A stretch of DNA of 63,268 nucleotides, the filler included, from Octopus bimaculoides (taxonomy: Eukaryota): assembly GCF_001194135.2 (NCBI RefSeq). It is 6 parts of 5 records of this genome, joined end to end, with 100 filler letters (N's around TTAATTAATTAA, not from the genome) between each part and the next. Parts side by side here need not be neighbours in the genome. Positions count along the whole stretch, not along the records: positions 39,117 to 58,233 come from NC_068981.1; positions 58,334 to 61,345 come from NC_069006.1; positions 61,446 to 63,268 come from NW_026300359.1; 3 more parts are not named here. The stretch is one strand, 5' to 3'. The notes below the pieces were generated by a model, which was given only the letters and a program-made list of their open reading frames with translations, was not told the DNA's origin and searched no databases. The position numbers and the translations under genes are program-made. Positions 51,448 through 63,268 of this stretch are shown here, piece by piece. Position 1 is the first letter of the stretch, and each line of letters starts with the position of its first letter.

Positions 51448-51727
51448 CAAGAATTCGATCAGAGTGTGTTAAATAGTCGCCCAATTTACCATCTAAATTA
51501 ACGTGTTTTCTCCAGTATATTGCTTGTTCTCTACGGTTCTCCGGTATAGGTTCATCCAGTGATAAGATATATAGAAATATCATCAAGCCAGAATATAACG
51601 GTTTGTCCATATCGGTGATGGTAGCGGATGAAATATCATAGTGAAATATTTCTTTGTACAGTTCGCAAGTCGAAGACAAAGCTTTCTTGCACGCTTCCTG
51701 GATCCTTTTCAACATGTGTTCGTTAAT
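51448..51727 (-). CDS. Internal exon: C-terminal half of an invertebrate lysozyme-like domain
   Basis: Acceptor atttcttttatcattaaag, consensus donor G|GTGAGT, phase 0 to 1 (compatible with 48894); DMDKPLYSGL..LY.....PIP....QA.YW...N motif recalled from uncharacterised mollusc/invertebrate lysozyme-fold proteins. Confidence 0.75.
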
Positions 51728-52789
51728 CTTTAATGATAAAAGAAATCATTTAGAATTATAGTTCAATAAATGATGATGATGATGATGGCGACGACGACAA
51801 TGACGATGATAATGATGAAGAGGAGGAGAACAACGACGATGACGAAGCCGAAGATACGGTAAAAAAATAAAGTAAATAAAATTGATATATGTTTCTTTTT
51901 ATTCTAAGTTCAACACCAGCTTGTTTGATTTCGCTTTTCATCCAACGAAGAAGTTAGTGTAATATGTACAAGTACTTATTCGACAGAACCGATTCTATCC
52001 CTTCCCTTCAGATTTATGGCTTAGTGCCAAAGTTAAAGAAATTATTATTGCTATTATTGCGAGTTATATCAAGTAGTCTGTTCGCAAGCAGAGAAAGCGA
52101 CATGAATTTTATTCCTTTTTTTGCAGACATTTCAGCTCATAAACATCGCTAGTGTGCTTAAAGAAATCCATTAACGTCGAGATTCCGATTTCTTCTTTTC
52201 TGAAATATACAGCTGTTGTAACTTAACAGGCACCCTTTAATGAAAAGCCTATGAGGAAACCTCGAAGTGGTTGCTCAAATGACAACTAAATTTCTCTTGT
52301 GTCACATCTTATCATCTTAAAACAGAACAAAAGCACATTGAATAATATAGGCCTATATTGCACCGTTGTTAAGAAAAATATACAGGATGATTGATCAGAG
52401 GTCCTGGGATTAAATTACAAAAACAATAACCATTAATGATGTCTGTATAATATCTGAGGAGGAAAAGATATTCCATGAAGAAATTTCGATTCACGGTGAA
52501 CTCCAAATTCTGAAAAAGCTGGCGAGAGTGGAATTAATCTAATTATACTTCTACCAACATCTTCCTTTGTGTGTGGATACTAGAACTAACCGTAATGATA
52601 ATTTCTCACATAGGTATAAGGACACACAAATTACATAGTCGATTATATCGACCCGAATACATTACTGGTTACATCATATCGACCAGTAAAGTATGAAAGG
52701 CAAACTACTACCAGTGGGATTTGAGCTCAGAATACAGAATGAGGAACAAAACACCATAAGGCACTTTATTTGACGCTCTATGATGATAA

Positions 52790-52821
52790 TAATAATGATG
52801 ATGATGATGATGATGATGATG

Positions 52822-52879
<58 letters not shown>

Positions 52880-52983
52880 CAACAACAACAACAAAATAAA
52901 ATAATAATAATAATGAAAATAAAATAATAATAATAACGAAAATATTAGAAAATAATATCAGTGATGATAATAATAATAATAAT
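52790..52983. repeat. (GAT)n-(TAA)n-(CAA)n compound microsatellite, 5' flank of Dong element
   Basis: Directly visible. Confidence 0.9.
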
Positions 52984-55900
52984 GAAAGAAGCGGCTAGAG
53001 TCTCCTAATGCTCTGGTTGATGACACATCTAGTGATGATGTCAGAATAAAAAACACTGGTATTTGCGCAACCTGATAATCGCTACCTCATATGAGTGACA
53101 ATGAAAAAACGAAATATTGTGAATAACGGTGGTAAGGAAACTGAAGCCAATGGTGATGACAGTATTGCATCCAGCAGGCTCAGAGATATTGGTCCGACTC
53201 TAGCCTGTCATTATCCAGTAAGGGACCCGGCGTAAATGGAACAAATAAGTCAGTGCTGTGGTCATGGAGTGTTACTACCTGAGTAACCCCGTAGACGAAA
53301 ATGGTGTTCATCTTAGGGAATACCATCAACGTATGTATGATCAATGGAGAGAAAGAGGATTGTTCCAACTCACGGAACAGCGATCATGTGATCAGGCTAG
53401 AGCAATGAGAAAAAAATTGTTGGTTCACAGAAGTAGAGCTCGAAGCTATCAAAAGACGGGTATTGGAAAGCAGCAGCAGAGGAAATGATGAAAATACAGT
53501 TCCTACTGATAAAAGTAATCTCATAGCAGAAAACAGAGGTAAAATCTCTAATAAACCACAGGAAAGGAACAGTGATAGCTTGCTCGATGAGAGATATATA
53601 GATAGTTTAGAAGAAGACAATAAAGCTAATGGTGACATGACAGATGGGCAAAAGGCAATCTACGACAGAATAAAGGTAGGCAACAGGAGAACGATAGCAA
53701 CATTATTTGCAACCTTAAAAAGGTTGATTGGTGGAAGTTGAACCAAGAGACGAAAAATGAGAATGAAATTTTGAAATATATCAGAACAAAAAACAACACA
53801 GAAACAAACAGTTTGATCAAGGTAGCAAGCGTTGTTGTAGCAGAAAATGTGGGTGTTGATGTCAAGAAAAAGAGATATAATGGTAGTGACAGAAGAAAAG
53901 ATCCACGATGGAAAAGAAGAATACAGGCCGGGTTAGATATGCTCTCGAAGGATATTTTTGTGTTAAACCGAAAAGAGAAGGGGGAGCTTAAAAGCGAACA
54001 AAAATACAGGGCACTGAACAGGAAGTATGATATTGAAAGAAAGGGCCCGAAAGTGGTAATGGAGGAACTGAAACAGCGCCTCGTTGCAAAGAAAGTAAAG
54101 ATGGTAAGATACGACCAAAGAATGAAGGGTTACCACCAGAATAGATTATTCAGAGTAAATCAAAAGAGATTCTATAAAGAAATAAATGGAGAGTGTACAG
54201 ATGAAAAGTTGATGCCAGATAACATTGAAAGTCAAAGGTTTTGAAGTGACATTTGGAGCAAAGACAAGGAGCACAAGAAGGATGCTGAATGGTTGCCAGA
54301 ACTGAAACAAACAGTAGTCTGTCCAAAACAGGCAGAATTAGTCATTTCAGTTAGGGAAGTGAAGGAAATCAGCATAAAAATGAGCAACTGCAAGGCCCCG
54401 GGACAAGATGGAGTTCAAGGCTACTGGATCAAAAGATTTGGTGGATGTCATGCACGAATAGCTGCACAACTCAACACCTTGTTAAATGCCGACCAAGTAA
54501 CACCAGAGTGGTTGACATTGGGTAGAACAGTGCTGTACCTGAAAAACATAAAAAAAGGCAATACGGTAGACAATTACAGATCGATATCCTGCTTGCCACT
54601 TATGTGGAAGCTATTGACTGGAATACTCGCAGAGTCAATGTACGGACATCTGGAAAAAAATGTATTCCTACCACATGAGTAGAAGGGCTGCAAGCCTAAG
54701 TGCAGAGGTACCAAGGATCAACTCCAAGTAGGCAAAACTGTACTTAGAGACTAAGAGGAGGAAAACTAACTTAGCCATGTCATGGATCGATTATTGTAAA
54801 GCGTTCGATATGATCCCACATTCTTGGATTATGGAATGTACGAACCTATTTGGTATTGCATTGAATGTTAAGCGATTGTTTGGAAAAAGTATGGCGAAGT
54901 GGAGGACGGAACTGACAGCATATGGAAGAAGTTTAGGGACAGTAGAAATCAGGAGGGGTATGTTTCAAGGGGACTGCCTGTCCCCACTGATCTTTGTACT
55001 GTGCATGATGCCACTAACACTGATTCTGAGGAAAGCAAAGGCTGGGTATGTATTCAAAAGTCGCCAACAAAAAGCCAACCACATGTTATTCATGGATGAC
55101 CTCAAACTTTATGGTAAAGATGAATCCCAAGTCAGTTCCCTCGTTGATACGGTGTATACCTTCAGTGCTGATATCAGAATGGAGTTCAGACTGAAAAAGT
55201 GTGGTGTGTTAGTCATGAATAGAGGCAGAATCAAATGTATGGACGGGGGAGGTTATGAAGCAGATAGAAGAGACGGGCTATAAGTGCTTGGGGATATTGG
55301 AAATGGATAAAGAAATGACAAAAAAGAAATTAAGGTGGAGTACTCTCGCAGATTGTGACTGATCCTTAAGTCGAAATTAAACGGACGAAATAAGATTGAA
55401 GCTATCAACACTTGGGAGGTTTCACTACTTAGATATGGAGCCGGGTAACTGTATGGACAGTAGACGAACTAAACAGTTTAGACAAAAAGACAAGGAAGGT
55501 TCTGACTTGATAAGGGATACGCCACCCAAAAGTGACACAAACAGACTGTATGTACCACGAAAGAGAGGGGGAAGAAGAATGATTGGATGCGAACACAGCA
55601 CTAGAGCAGAAGAAAACAACATAGCATGATATGTAAAAAATGCCTCAAAACTGCTATTATTGGAAGTAAGAAAGTCAGACTTATTGGAAGTAAGAAAGTC
55701 AGGATAGAAGATTGCAAAGATAAAGCATTGTCCAAAAACTTGAGAATGAATGAAACTGAATGAAACTGAAACTAGGTGGATAAAGAAAGAATGCATGAAC
55801 AATTTCATAGGAACATTGAAGACAAGACAAGCAGAGAAAAGAGATAGCTATGGATGACTGAAAATGATTTAAAACCGGAAACAGAGGCTCTAATCTGTAC

Positions 55901-56486
55901 TGCTCAAGAGCAAGCATTAAGAACCAATTACAACAAATACAGAATAGACAACACACCAGAAAGTGATAAGTGCAGAATTTGTGGACAAAATGGCGAAACC
56001 GTATGGCATATTACCAGTCGCCACTAGCTCAGAAAGAATATAAGAGACGCCATGACAATATAACAATGATTGTCAATTGGATACTTTGTAACAAGTATGG
56101 ACTTGACAGAGCAAAAAAGTGTTACGAACATAAACCCGAAGGCATCATCGAAAATGATACTGCAAAGATCCTATGGGATTTTATGATTCAGTGCGACCAT
56201 GAGATTGAGAAGTTAAGCAGTTGTGGTCGATGAAAAAGGCGGTAGTAGTACCAATAATTGTCGGAGCCCTGAGAACAGTGAGTAAAAATCTTGAGAAGTA
56301 CATGGTACAAATAGGGGCTGCAATAAAGGTGGAGCACTTGCAGAAAACAGCACTGCTTGGAACCGCTTGAATGCTCCGGACGGTGCTCGAAAAATAAGGG
56401 GTGTTACCTTAGTTCACTGGTAGTGAACAGTTGACACCGTAGTACATCTCCAGCGTTAGAAGCTGAGCAAAGACAATGAAATAAAA
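52984..56486 (+). mobile_element. Near full-length, inactivated R4/Dong-clade non-LTR retrotransposon
   Basis: In order: N-terminal VMECYYLS..QRM...W.ER..TEQR..DQAR; KAPGQDG; YRSISCL; WIDYCKAFD; G.FQGD.LSP; LFMDDLKLY; CRICG...ET..H zinc knuckle; RHD; ILWDF.IQCDH; VGALG; LQKTALLGTA. Multiple stops and frameshifts; (TAA)n on both sides. Confidence 0.92.
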
Positions 56487-56494
56487 TAAAATAA

Positions 56495-56559
<65 letters not shown>

Positions 56560-58233
56560 GTTAAATGAAATTATTTACTCTGTTGCTAAGACTCTGTTGC
56601 TAAGACTCTGTTGCTAAGACTCTGTTGCTAAGACTCTGTTGCTAAGACTCTGTTGCTAAGACTCTGTTGCTAAGGTAATCGAAAGACGCTGTTTAACACC
56701 CCAAAAGCCAACAATACCAAATTCGAAAAGAAAATCAAACCGGAGAAGTAGAATTGAAACTGAGATTGAATCATTGCGAAGGGAGATATCAATATTAACT
56801 GAACTAATCTCTGGAAATGGTGTAAGATCAAGAAAAGCAGGAAGATCGTGAGAAAATATGGACTCTCAACAAGAGAAGAACCAATGACAGCGAATGAAAC
56901 ACTTAAACAAAAAGTTCAAGCAAAAGCTCAGAGAATACGCAGATTTGAGAAAACAATCAAATTCTACAGGCAAAATAAGATGTTCAAATCCAATGTTAAA
57001 TCATTTTACTGGGAAATAGGGAAAGAAAAAATAACCATTGAAAATCCACCCCTAATGGAAGAAGTTGAAAACTTTTGGAAAGGAATCTGGAGTGATGAGA
57101 AACCATGCAATGAAAATGCAGACTGGATCAAACGCACCCAAGATACCTACAAAAATCTACAAGAACAGGTATGGGAAGACATCTCAGTCGCCGACCTAAG
57201 GAGGGCACTAACAAAGGCTCATAAGTGGAAATCCCCTGGTATTGATAGAGTACCAAATTTCTGGCTCTCATCACTCTCGTCCGCACACAAAATGTTAGTA
57301 ATACTATTTAATAGTATTATGAAAGACCCAGAAAGAACTCGCCATTGGATGGCAAAAGGTATTACTTACCTCCTCCCGAAAAATAACGAAACCAAAGACC
57401 CAAAAAACTACCGGCCTATAACATGTTTGTCTACTACCTATAAGATTTTGACATCTATTCTAGTGGAGAAAACATATTCGTTTATGGAAGAGAATAACCT
57501 CTTTCCCACTGAACAAAAAGGATGCAGACGAGGCTCATACGGATGTAAAGATCAGCTCCTAATTAATCGCAGGATCCTTGAGAACTGCCATAACAAGCGC
57601 AGAAATCTCAGCTCTTCATGGTATGCTGTCAAAAAGCCTTTGACAGCATACCACATTCGTGGATTCTGAAATCGCTGGACATTTTCAAAATTTCTCCTGT
57701 GATTTCATATTTTTTAAAGTATAATATGTCACTATGGAACACGAAGCTCCAATTATATCATTCTAATGGAGTATTGCGCTCAAACAATATTAGCATAAAC
57801 TGTGGCATCTTTCAAGGTGACTCACTTTCACCACGAATTTTCTGCATAGCACTAATACCACTCTCAAGTGAACTGAATAGAACAGGGAATGGCTACGAAA
57901 TTGACAACAGGAAAATAAGCCATCTATTTTATATGGATGATTTAAAACTATATGGCAAAGATGATGAAGAGCTTGAAGGACTACTACATACTGTGAAAGG
58001 ATTCAGTGATGATATCGGGATGGAGTTTGGCCTTGTAGAGTGTGCCAAAGCCACTTTTAAGAAAGGGAAACTGGTAAAGTCAAGTTCAATAGAATTAGAT
58101 GTCAAAACAGTAATAAAGGAACTTGAGCAGGAACAAACCAATAAATACCTAGGAATAAATGAAGGCTCTGGTATCCAGCATGCAAGCATGAAAGAGAAGG
58201 TTAGGAAGGAATGTTATAGAAGAGTTCGAGCAG
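56560..58233 (+). mobile_element. Second, distinct 5'-truncated R4/Dong-like LINE (RT domain) running into a gap
   Basis: WKSPGIDRVPNFW; NYRPITCL; EQKGCRRGSYGCKDQL; KAFDSIPHSW; GIFQGDSLSP; HLFYMDDLKLY; starts directly after (TAA)n 56487-56558. Confidence 0.9.
56577..56674 (+). repeat. Seven perfect tandem copies of ACTCTGTTGCTAAG (14 bp)
   Basis: Directly counted. Confidence 0.95.
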
Positions 58234-59468
58234 NNNNNNNNNNNNNNNNNNNNNNNNNNNNNNNNNNNNNNNNNNNNTTAATTAATTAANNNNNNNNNNN
58301 NNNNNNNNNNNNNNNNNNNNNNNNNNNNNNNNNCGGGGAAAAAGGGGGTAATAACATTATTTAGAAGGACGCACTTCTTTTCTTGAGGAGAAGGGGGCAC
58401 ATGCCCCTCAGCTCCCCCCCTTGAGTCCACCCCATTCCTGAGCCAGCCGTGTTGCCCTCCTACTTCACACCCGGTGTTGGTTGGTTTACTGCCTCATAAC
58501 TTGAGACCAATTAAATAAGCGCCGTACTTAAAAACAAGTACAAGGGTTGAACTTTTCTACTTAAACCCTTCAAGGTGGTGCCCCAGCATGGCCATGGTCC
58601 AATGACTGAAACAAGTGTAAAGATAAATGATAAAAGATCTCTAAATAATGATGGAAGGTAGCCTCATCCTTGAATAAAAAAAAATATGCTCTACCCCATG
58701 TATTGAGTACTTTGTCTACTTGTTAGTCAATCTAAACTCAAAATAAAACATCCATTCCTTCTCATAAAATGCATACCTTGTCTACGAAATCTGAAGAGAT
58801 TCAAGTTTTACGTCCTTGTTTGATATATCTTTATCTGCTGGTGTGGGCCAGGTGTATTCTTAGCCTGTTGCTGTACTAATGGACGTTTGTCTTACTCTCA
58901 GACTATCTCTTTATAGTCAAGGACACCATTGTTTCTCTCTCTCCCCCCACACACACACACACACGTACATTGACATACGTAACATTCACATATAAGCCTA
59001 TACATATATACATACATGTATATACATGCTCACATATATGTATCCATACATAAGTTATTTTTATTAATAACCAGCTGAAGCTAGAATGGCTCTTGGCCCC
59101 TGAGCCATTCTAACTTGTGCTGATTATTATTTTAAAAACACACACACACACACACACACACAAAGATATATATATATATATACTCATGTTTTGAGTCTTT
59201 TCCTGTTTGCATCACCAAATACACACACACACACACACACACATCAGTGTTTTGTGGTTGATTCAGAATAAATAAATAAAGCTGATAACCATTTCCATTT
59301 TAAATTCTTTTACATTTTTCTTCTTTTTTTCTTTTTAGATTCTATATCTTTTGCCTTTTCTTGCAAGATCTATTGAATTTTAACATTCTTTTTTTTTCTT
59401 TTTTTTTTTTGACATAGAAAACTTTCTTTTCTTTCTAAATCTATTTATTCTTTTCTCTCTGTTACCAG

Positions 59469-59555
59469 GAATACACAAAAACAGCTATCAATAATGTGCA
59501 AGATGCCCTTACTAAAGCAAGAAAAACTAAACAGCTTGGAAACCACATTTTTAAT
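59469..59555 (+). CDS. Internal coding exon EYTKTAINNVQDALTKARKTKQLGNHIFN (possible TPR helix)
   Basis: Long polypyrimidine tract + CAG acceptor, GTAAGT donor, 87 nt phase 0-0, open; KA...K..GN..F resembles TPR starts (weak). Confidence 0.7.
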
Positions 59556-59890
59556 GTAAGTATTTTCGCTTTTTTTCTCCATTGCTATCAAACTGTTTAT
59601 TTTCAATGAGATTATCACAGTTTTCCTTTTTCTTTCCCTCCGACAGTTCATCTCATCTCTTAGATATTTGTATTTCGTTTGTTTATCTTAGCTTTTTGGG
59701 CACACATTTTCAACAATGCAACCATAGTCTGCAAGGCATCAAGTCCTGCACCAATGATGGCTTAATTGTTTAACATCCTGATTACTCTGTCAAATGTAAT
59801 GCATATTTATTCACACTATTTTCATAGCTTCAAGATTTCGATGATATGATTGTTTACTTCTAGGGTGACATTGTAGGATAGGTGTGAGAT

Positions 59891-60160
59891 GTCAGGATGG
59901 TGTAGTGGTTAAGAGCGTGGGCTACTAACCCCAAGATTCCGAGTTCGATTCCAGGTAGTGACCTGAATAATAATAATAATAATAATAACATCAAAAAATA
60001 CTTTAGGAACGAGAACCCAGGTTCGAAATCTCCCGAAGACACCTGATGAAGGCTGGAGGGTACATCAGCCAAAGCGTTTGTGCTAACGACAAACAAGATG
60101 ATGACATATCCATCAAATGTAAATAATGTACATAATTCCTCATCTCTTAAATATAGAACT
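59891..60160 (+). mobile_element. tRNA-headed SINE-like element with (TAA)n linker and hammerhead-like tail
   Basis: A box TGGTGTAGTGG, anticodon-like arm TGGG-CTACTAA-CCC, B box GAGTTCGATTCC, (TAA)n 59966-59987, then CAC-CTGATGAA-GGCTG..CAGCC-AAAG-CGTT-TGTG. Confidence 0.7.
60039..60082 (+). ncRNA. Decayed minimal hammerhead ribozyme motif
   Basis: CUGAUGA(A) + 5-bp stem II (GGCUG/CAGCC) intact; GAAA core reads AAAG here, so probably inactive in this copy. Confidence 0.45.
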
Positions 60161-61011
60161 GCTTTAAGCTAGTGTTAGGAACATAAATTGTGACCAAGGT
60201 TTGGTGGAAGATTTTAATTCAGAACTTTTGAAAACAAAGCATTTGTATTACAGAGCCAGAGGCAGTTTAAGGTGGGTTTGGTATGAAAAGGGTTAAGTAG
60301 TGGGTTTATTAGTTCAAATATTCTTGGTTGCTAACAAAATTATTATTTCTACTAAGAAGCAAAGATGCTAACTGGTTTGTTTCAACAAAGCAAGGTTATT
60401 AACTGGTTTATTATTCCAACAAAGCATGGTTGCTAACTGGGTATTATTTCTAATAACTGGGGTTGCTATTTCAAACAGTCAGTTTGAAATTTAAAAACAA
60501 AAACAATTCAACTCCCCATGGTTACTGACAATTATCTGGGGGTTTTTTTAAAATATATTTTTGCTTTGTATCTTATTTGTACTTCAGTTTATACCCCTCA
60601 CTCAACTCTCTCTCTCTCTCTCTCTCTCTCTGTATATTCTTCCAACAGATATAAGTATGCATGTACTTTCAACAGATGTGTGTTTGAGGCTCTGTGTGTG
60701 TATGTATGCATATGTATGTGTATGCTATTCAACAGGCATGTGTGTATGTGTATATGGAGGGGAATGCTATTCAACAAGTGTATATGTGCTCAACAGCTGA
60801 GTGATATTGTGTGTGTGTCTGTATTTTTGCATACTTTCGACCTTGGAGGTCCCAGGAAGGCCATGCGTGGAGACCCTTCCAAAGAACAACAACACAGAAC
60901 AAAAAAAAAAGCCCACGAAATATGTGTTATGTGATACAAGCATATCTTTCCTTTTTCTCTTTCTTTTCTTCTCTCTCCCCTCCTCTCGTGCATGCAAGAT
61001 CTGTTCCAACT

Positions 61012-61049
<38 letters not shown>

Positions 61050-61575
61050 TCTGTATGTGTCTCTCTGTACCATATGTTGGCATTACTTCTTCCTCTCTTG
61101 TGGAGCTGATCTTCCTACCATCTGTCTTATTCAGGTGCATACATGTGATTCTATCTATGCACAATGCACACGTGCATGGGGGTGGGGGGAAGAGGTGAAA
61201 GTGTGTGTGTGTGCTTGTTTTTGGGGGAGGGATTTTTTTGCTTTTTATTTTTTGTTTTTTTTTGCAAATTTCAAAATTCCAACTTCTTTGTTTTCCATCT
61301 GTTTTATTATTATTATCATTATTATTATTATTATTATTATTATTANNNNNNNNNNNNNNNNNNNNNNNNNNNNNNNNNNNNNNNNNNNNTTAATTAATTA
61401 ANNNNNNNNNNNNNNNNNNNNNNNNNNNNNNNNNNNNNNNNNNNNTGTGTGTGCATGTGTGTGTTTGTGTTTTGGGTGTGTGTACCAAAACTTATAGCTA
61501 TCACTCGAATATGTGTAAAAACGAGAAGGAAACAGCTGAACGGAGTGCTGCATCAGTTCATATGTTTATATGCAT

Positions 61576-62637
61576 AGGAGTGGCTGTGTGGTAAGTACCT
61601 TGCTTACCAACCACATAGTTCCGGGTTCAGTCCCACTGCTTGGCACCTTGGGCAAGTGTCTTCTACTATAGCCTCGGGCCGACCAAAGCCTTGTGAGTGG
61701 ATTTGGTAGACGGAAACTGAAAGAAGCTCGTCGTATATATGTATATATNNNNNNNNNNNNNNNNNNNNNNNNNNNNNNNNNNNNNNNNNNNNNNNNNNNN
61801 NNNNNNNNNNNNNNNNNNNNNNNNNNNNNNNNNNNNNNNNNNNNNNNNNNNNNNNNNNNNNNNNNNNNNNNNNNNNNNNNNNNNNNNNNNNNNNNNNNNN
61901 NNNNNNNNNNNNNNNNNNNNNNNNNNNNNNNNNNNNNNNNNNNNNNNNNNNNNNNNNNNNNNNNNNNNNNNNNNNNNNNNNNNNNNNNNNNNNNNNNNNN
62001 NNNNNNNNNNNNNNNNNNNNNNNNNNNNNNNNNNNNNNNNNNNNNNNNNNNNNNNNNNNNNNNNNNNNNNNNNNNNNNNNNNNNNNNNNNNNNNNNNNNN
62101 NNNNNNNNNNNNNNNNNNNNNNNNNNNNNNNNNNNNNNNNNNNNNNNNNNNNNNNNNNNNNNNNNNNNNNNNNNNNNNNNNNNNNNNNNNNNNNNNNNNN
62201 NNNNNNNNNNNNNNNNNNNNNNNNNNNNNNNNNNNNNNNNNNNNNNNNNNNNNNNNNNNNNNNNNNNNNNNNNNNNNNNNNNNNNNNNNNNNNNNNNNNN
62301 NNNNNNNNNNNNNNNNNNNNNNNNNNNNNNNNNNNNNNNNNNNNNNNNNNNNNNNNNNNNNNNNNNNNNNNNNNNNNNNNNNNNNNNNNNNNNNNNNNNN
62401 NNNNNTGTGTGTGTGTGTGTGTGTGTATATGTTTGTGTATCTGTGTTTGTCCCTGCCAACATCGCTTGACAACCGATGCTGGTGTGTTTACGTCCCCCGT
62501 AACTTAGCGGTTCGGCAAAAGAGACCGACAGAATAAGTACTAGGCTTACAAAGAATAAGTCCTGAGAGTCGATTTGCTTGACTAAAGGCGGTGCTCCAGC
62601 ATGGCCGCAGTCAAATGACTGAAACAAGTAAAAGAGA
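61576..62637 (+). mobile_element. SINE family A spanning an assembly gap at its internal microsatellite
   Basis: 5' half 61576-61748 and 3' half 62406-62637 both match 35560-35955. Confidence 0.85.
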
Positions 62638-62654
62638 ATAGTCAGAAGCCTCTA

Positions 62655-62712
62655 TAGAGAATCGAACCCTGTACCACTGAAATCCAGCTGATCGCTCTGT
62701 ACCATTAAGGCA
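62655..62712 (-). mobile_element. tRNA-like SINE head fragment
   Basis: Minus strand TGGTACAGAGC (A-box-like) ... GGGTTCGATTCTC (B box); no complete cloverleaf. Confidence 0.45.
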
Positions 62713-63268
62713 AGAGCCCACTGACATGAAACAGTATCTTGTTTATAAGGCTACATATGTTTGTTTGTATATCCTCTTTCTACTACAACAACGTTTATCT
62801 CCTCCCCCAATTTGGGTTTAATAACTCTGTTGTCCCAGAACAGTGGGAATTTTCCAGTCTTCATCCCCTTTTAAAAACATTGTGCCCACACATTACCTAT
62901 CAATTAATGTCCGGTCAGTTTCATTAGTTCTTGAGCATCAAAGAAACACTCTGGAATATCTGGAACTCCCATAACCTTATTCAACCCTCACAATTTGGAT
63001 TTGTCTAATGTAAATCATCTAAATTGCAGATTGTGGCTCATGTGTGGATGTTTTCATTCTTGACTTGCACCAAAGCCTTTTAATTCTGTTATGCAAATTA
63101 ATTCTGATGAAAATTTCAGAAATGGGTGTGAGGTATTATTTTATATCTGGATGTGCAAATCTCCATTCTCCTGCTCTTTATTAATTTCATTATTTTTTTC
63201 TTCTACGGACACTATGTAGTCTTTGCAAGGACATTTGGATTTACCAAGGGACTGTAGTAAATTGTAAC

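Noticed and set aside
51990-52199. Possible upstream exon of the lysozyme-like gene (acceptor tatttcag near 52200)
   Set aside because: All frames hit stops before a usable donor and the expected ES..G / GIWQ motifs are absent; would need a frameshift plus stop read-through.
56577-56674. Regular short repeats as a possible CRISPR array
   Set aside because: Head-to-tail 14-mers with no spacers, in a eukaryotic retrotransposon; no cas genes.
59891-59965. Functional tRNA gene
   Set aside because: Acceptor and T stems are imperfect and it runs into a repeat body; better explained as a SINE head.

Overview
Eukaryotic, AT-rich draft-assembly DNA, dense in microsatellites and retroposons and broken by many N gaps. 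The repeat style resembles a coleoid cephalopod (octopus-like) genome; this is an inference, with no taxonomic marker in the window. Most ORF-track entries are artefacts of N runs or simple repeats. Recognisable host coding pieces are few: (i) a probable terminal exon at 335-411 (+); (ii) two minus-strand exons (51448-51727 and 48536-48894) that splice in phase into a lysozyme-like domain + chitin-binding type-2-like domain + hydrophobic, GPI-signal-like C-terminus; (iii) an orphan 87-nt plus-strand exon at 59469-59555; (iv) a possible 38-nt micro-exon at 10126-10163. Mobile DNA dominates: several tRNA-derived SINE families (some with clear TSDs), RTE-, CR1- and CRE-like LINE fragments, two R4/Dong-clade LINEs in tandem within (TAA)n tracts, a Penelope-like RT fragment, a mariner end, Helitron-like termini and MITE-like elements. 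The most interesting signals are a dispersed repeat family carrying a minimal hammerhead-ribozyme motif (34382-34426), one identical 107-bp piece of which is fused in inverted orientation to the Penelope-like RT; a tRNA-headed element with a decayed hammerhead in its tail (59891-60160); the lysozyme-like/chitin-binding gene; and several long palindromes and inverted duplications. All domain calls are by-eye motif recognition, not database searches.
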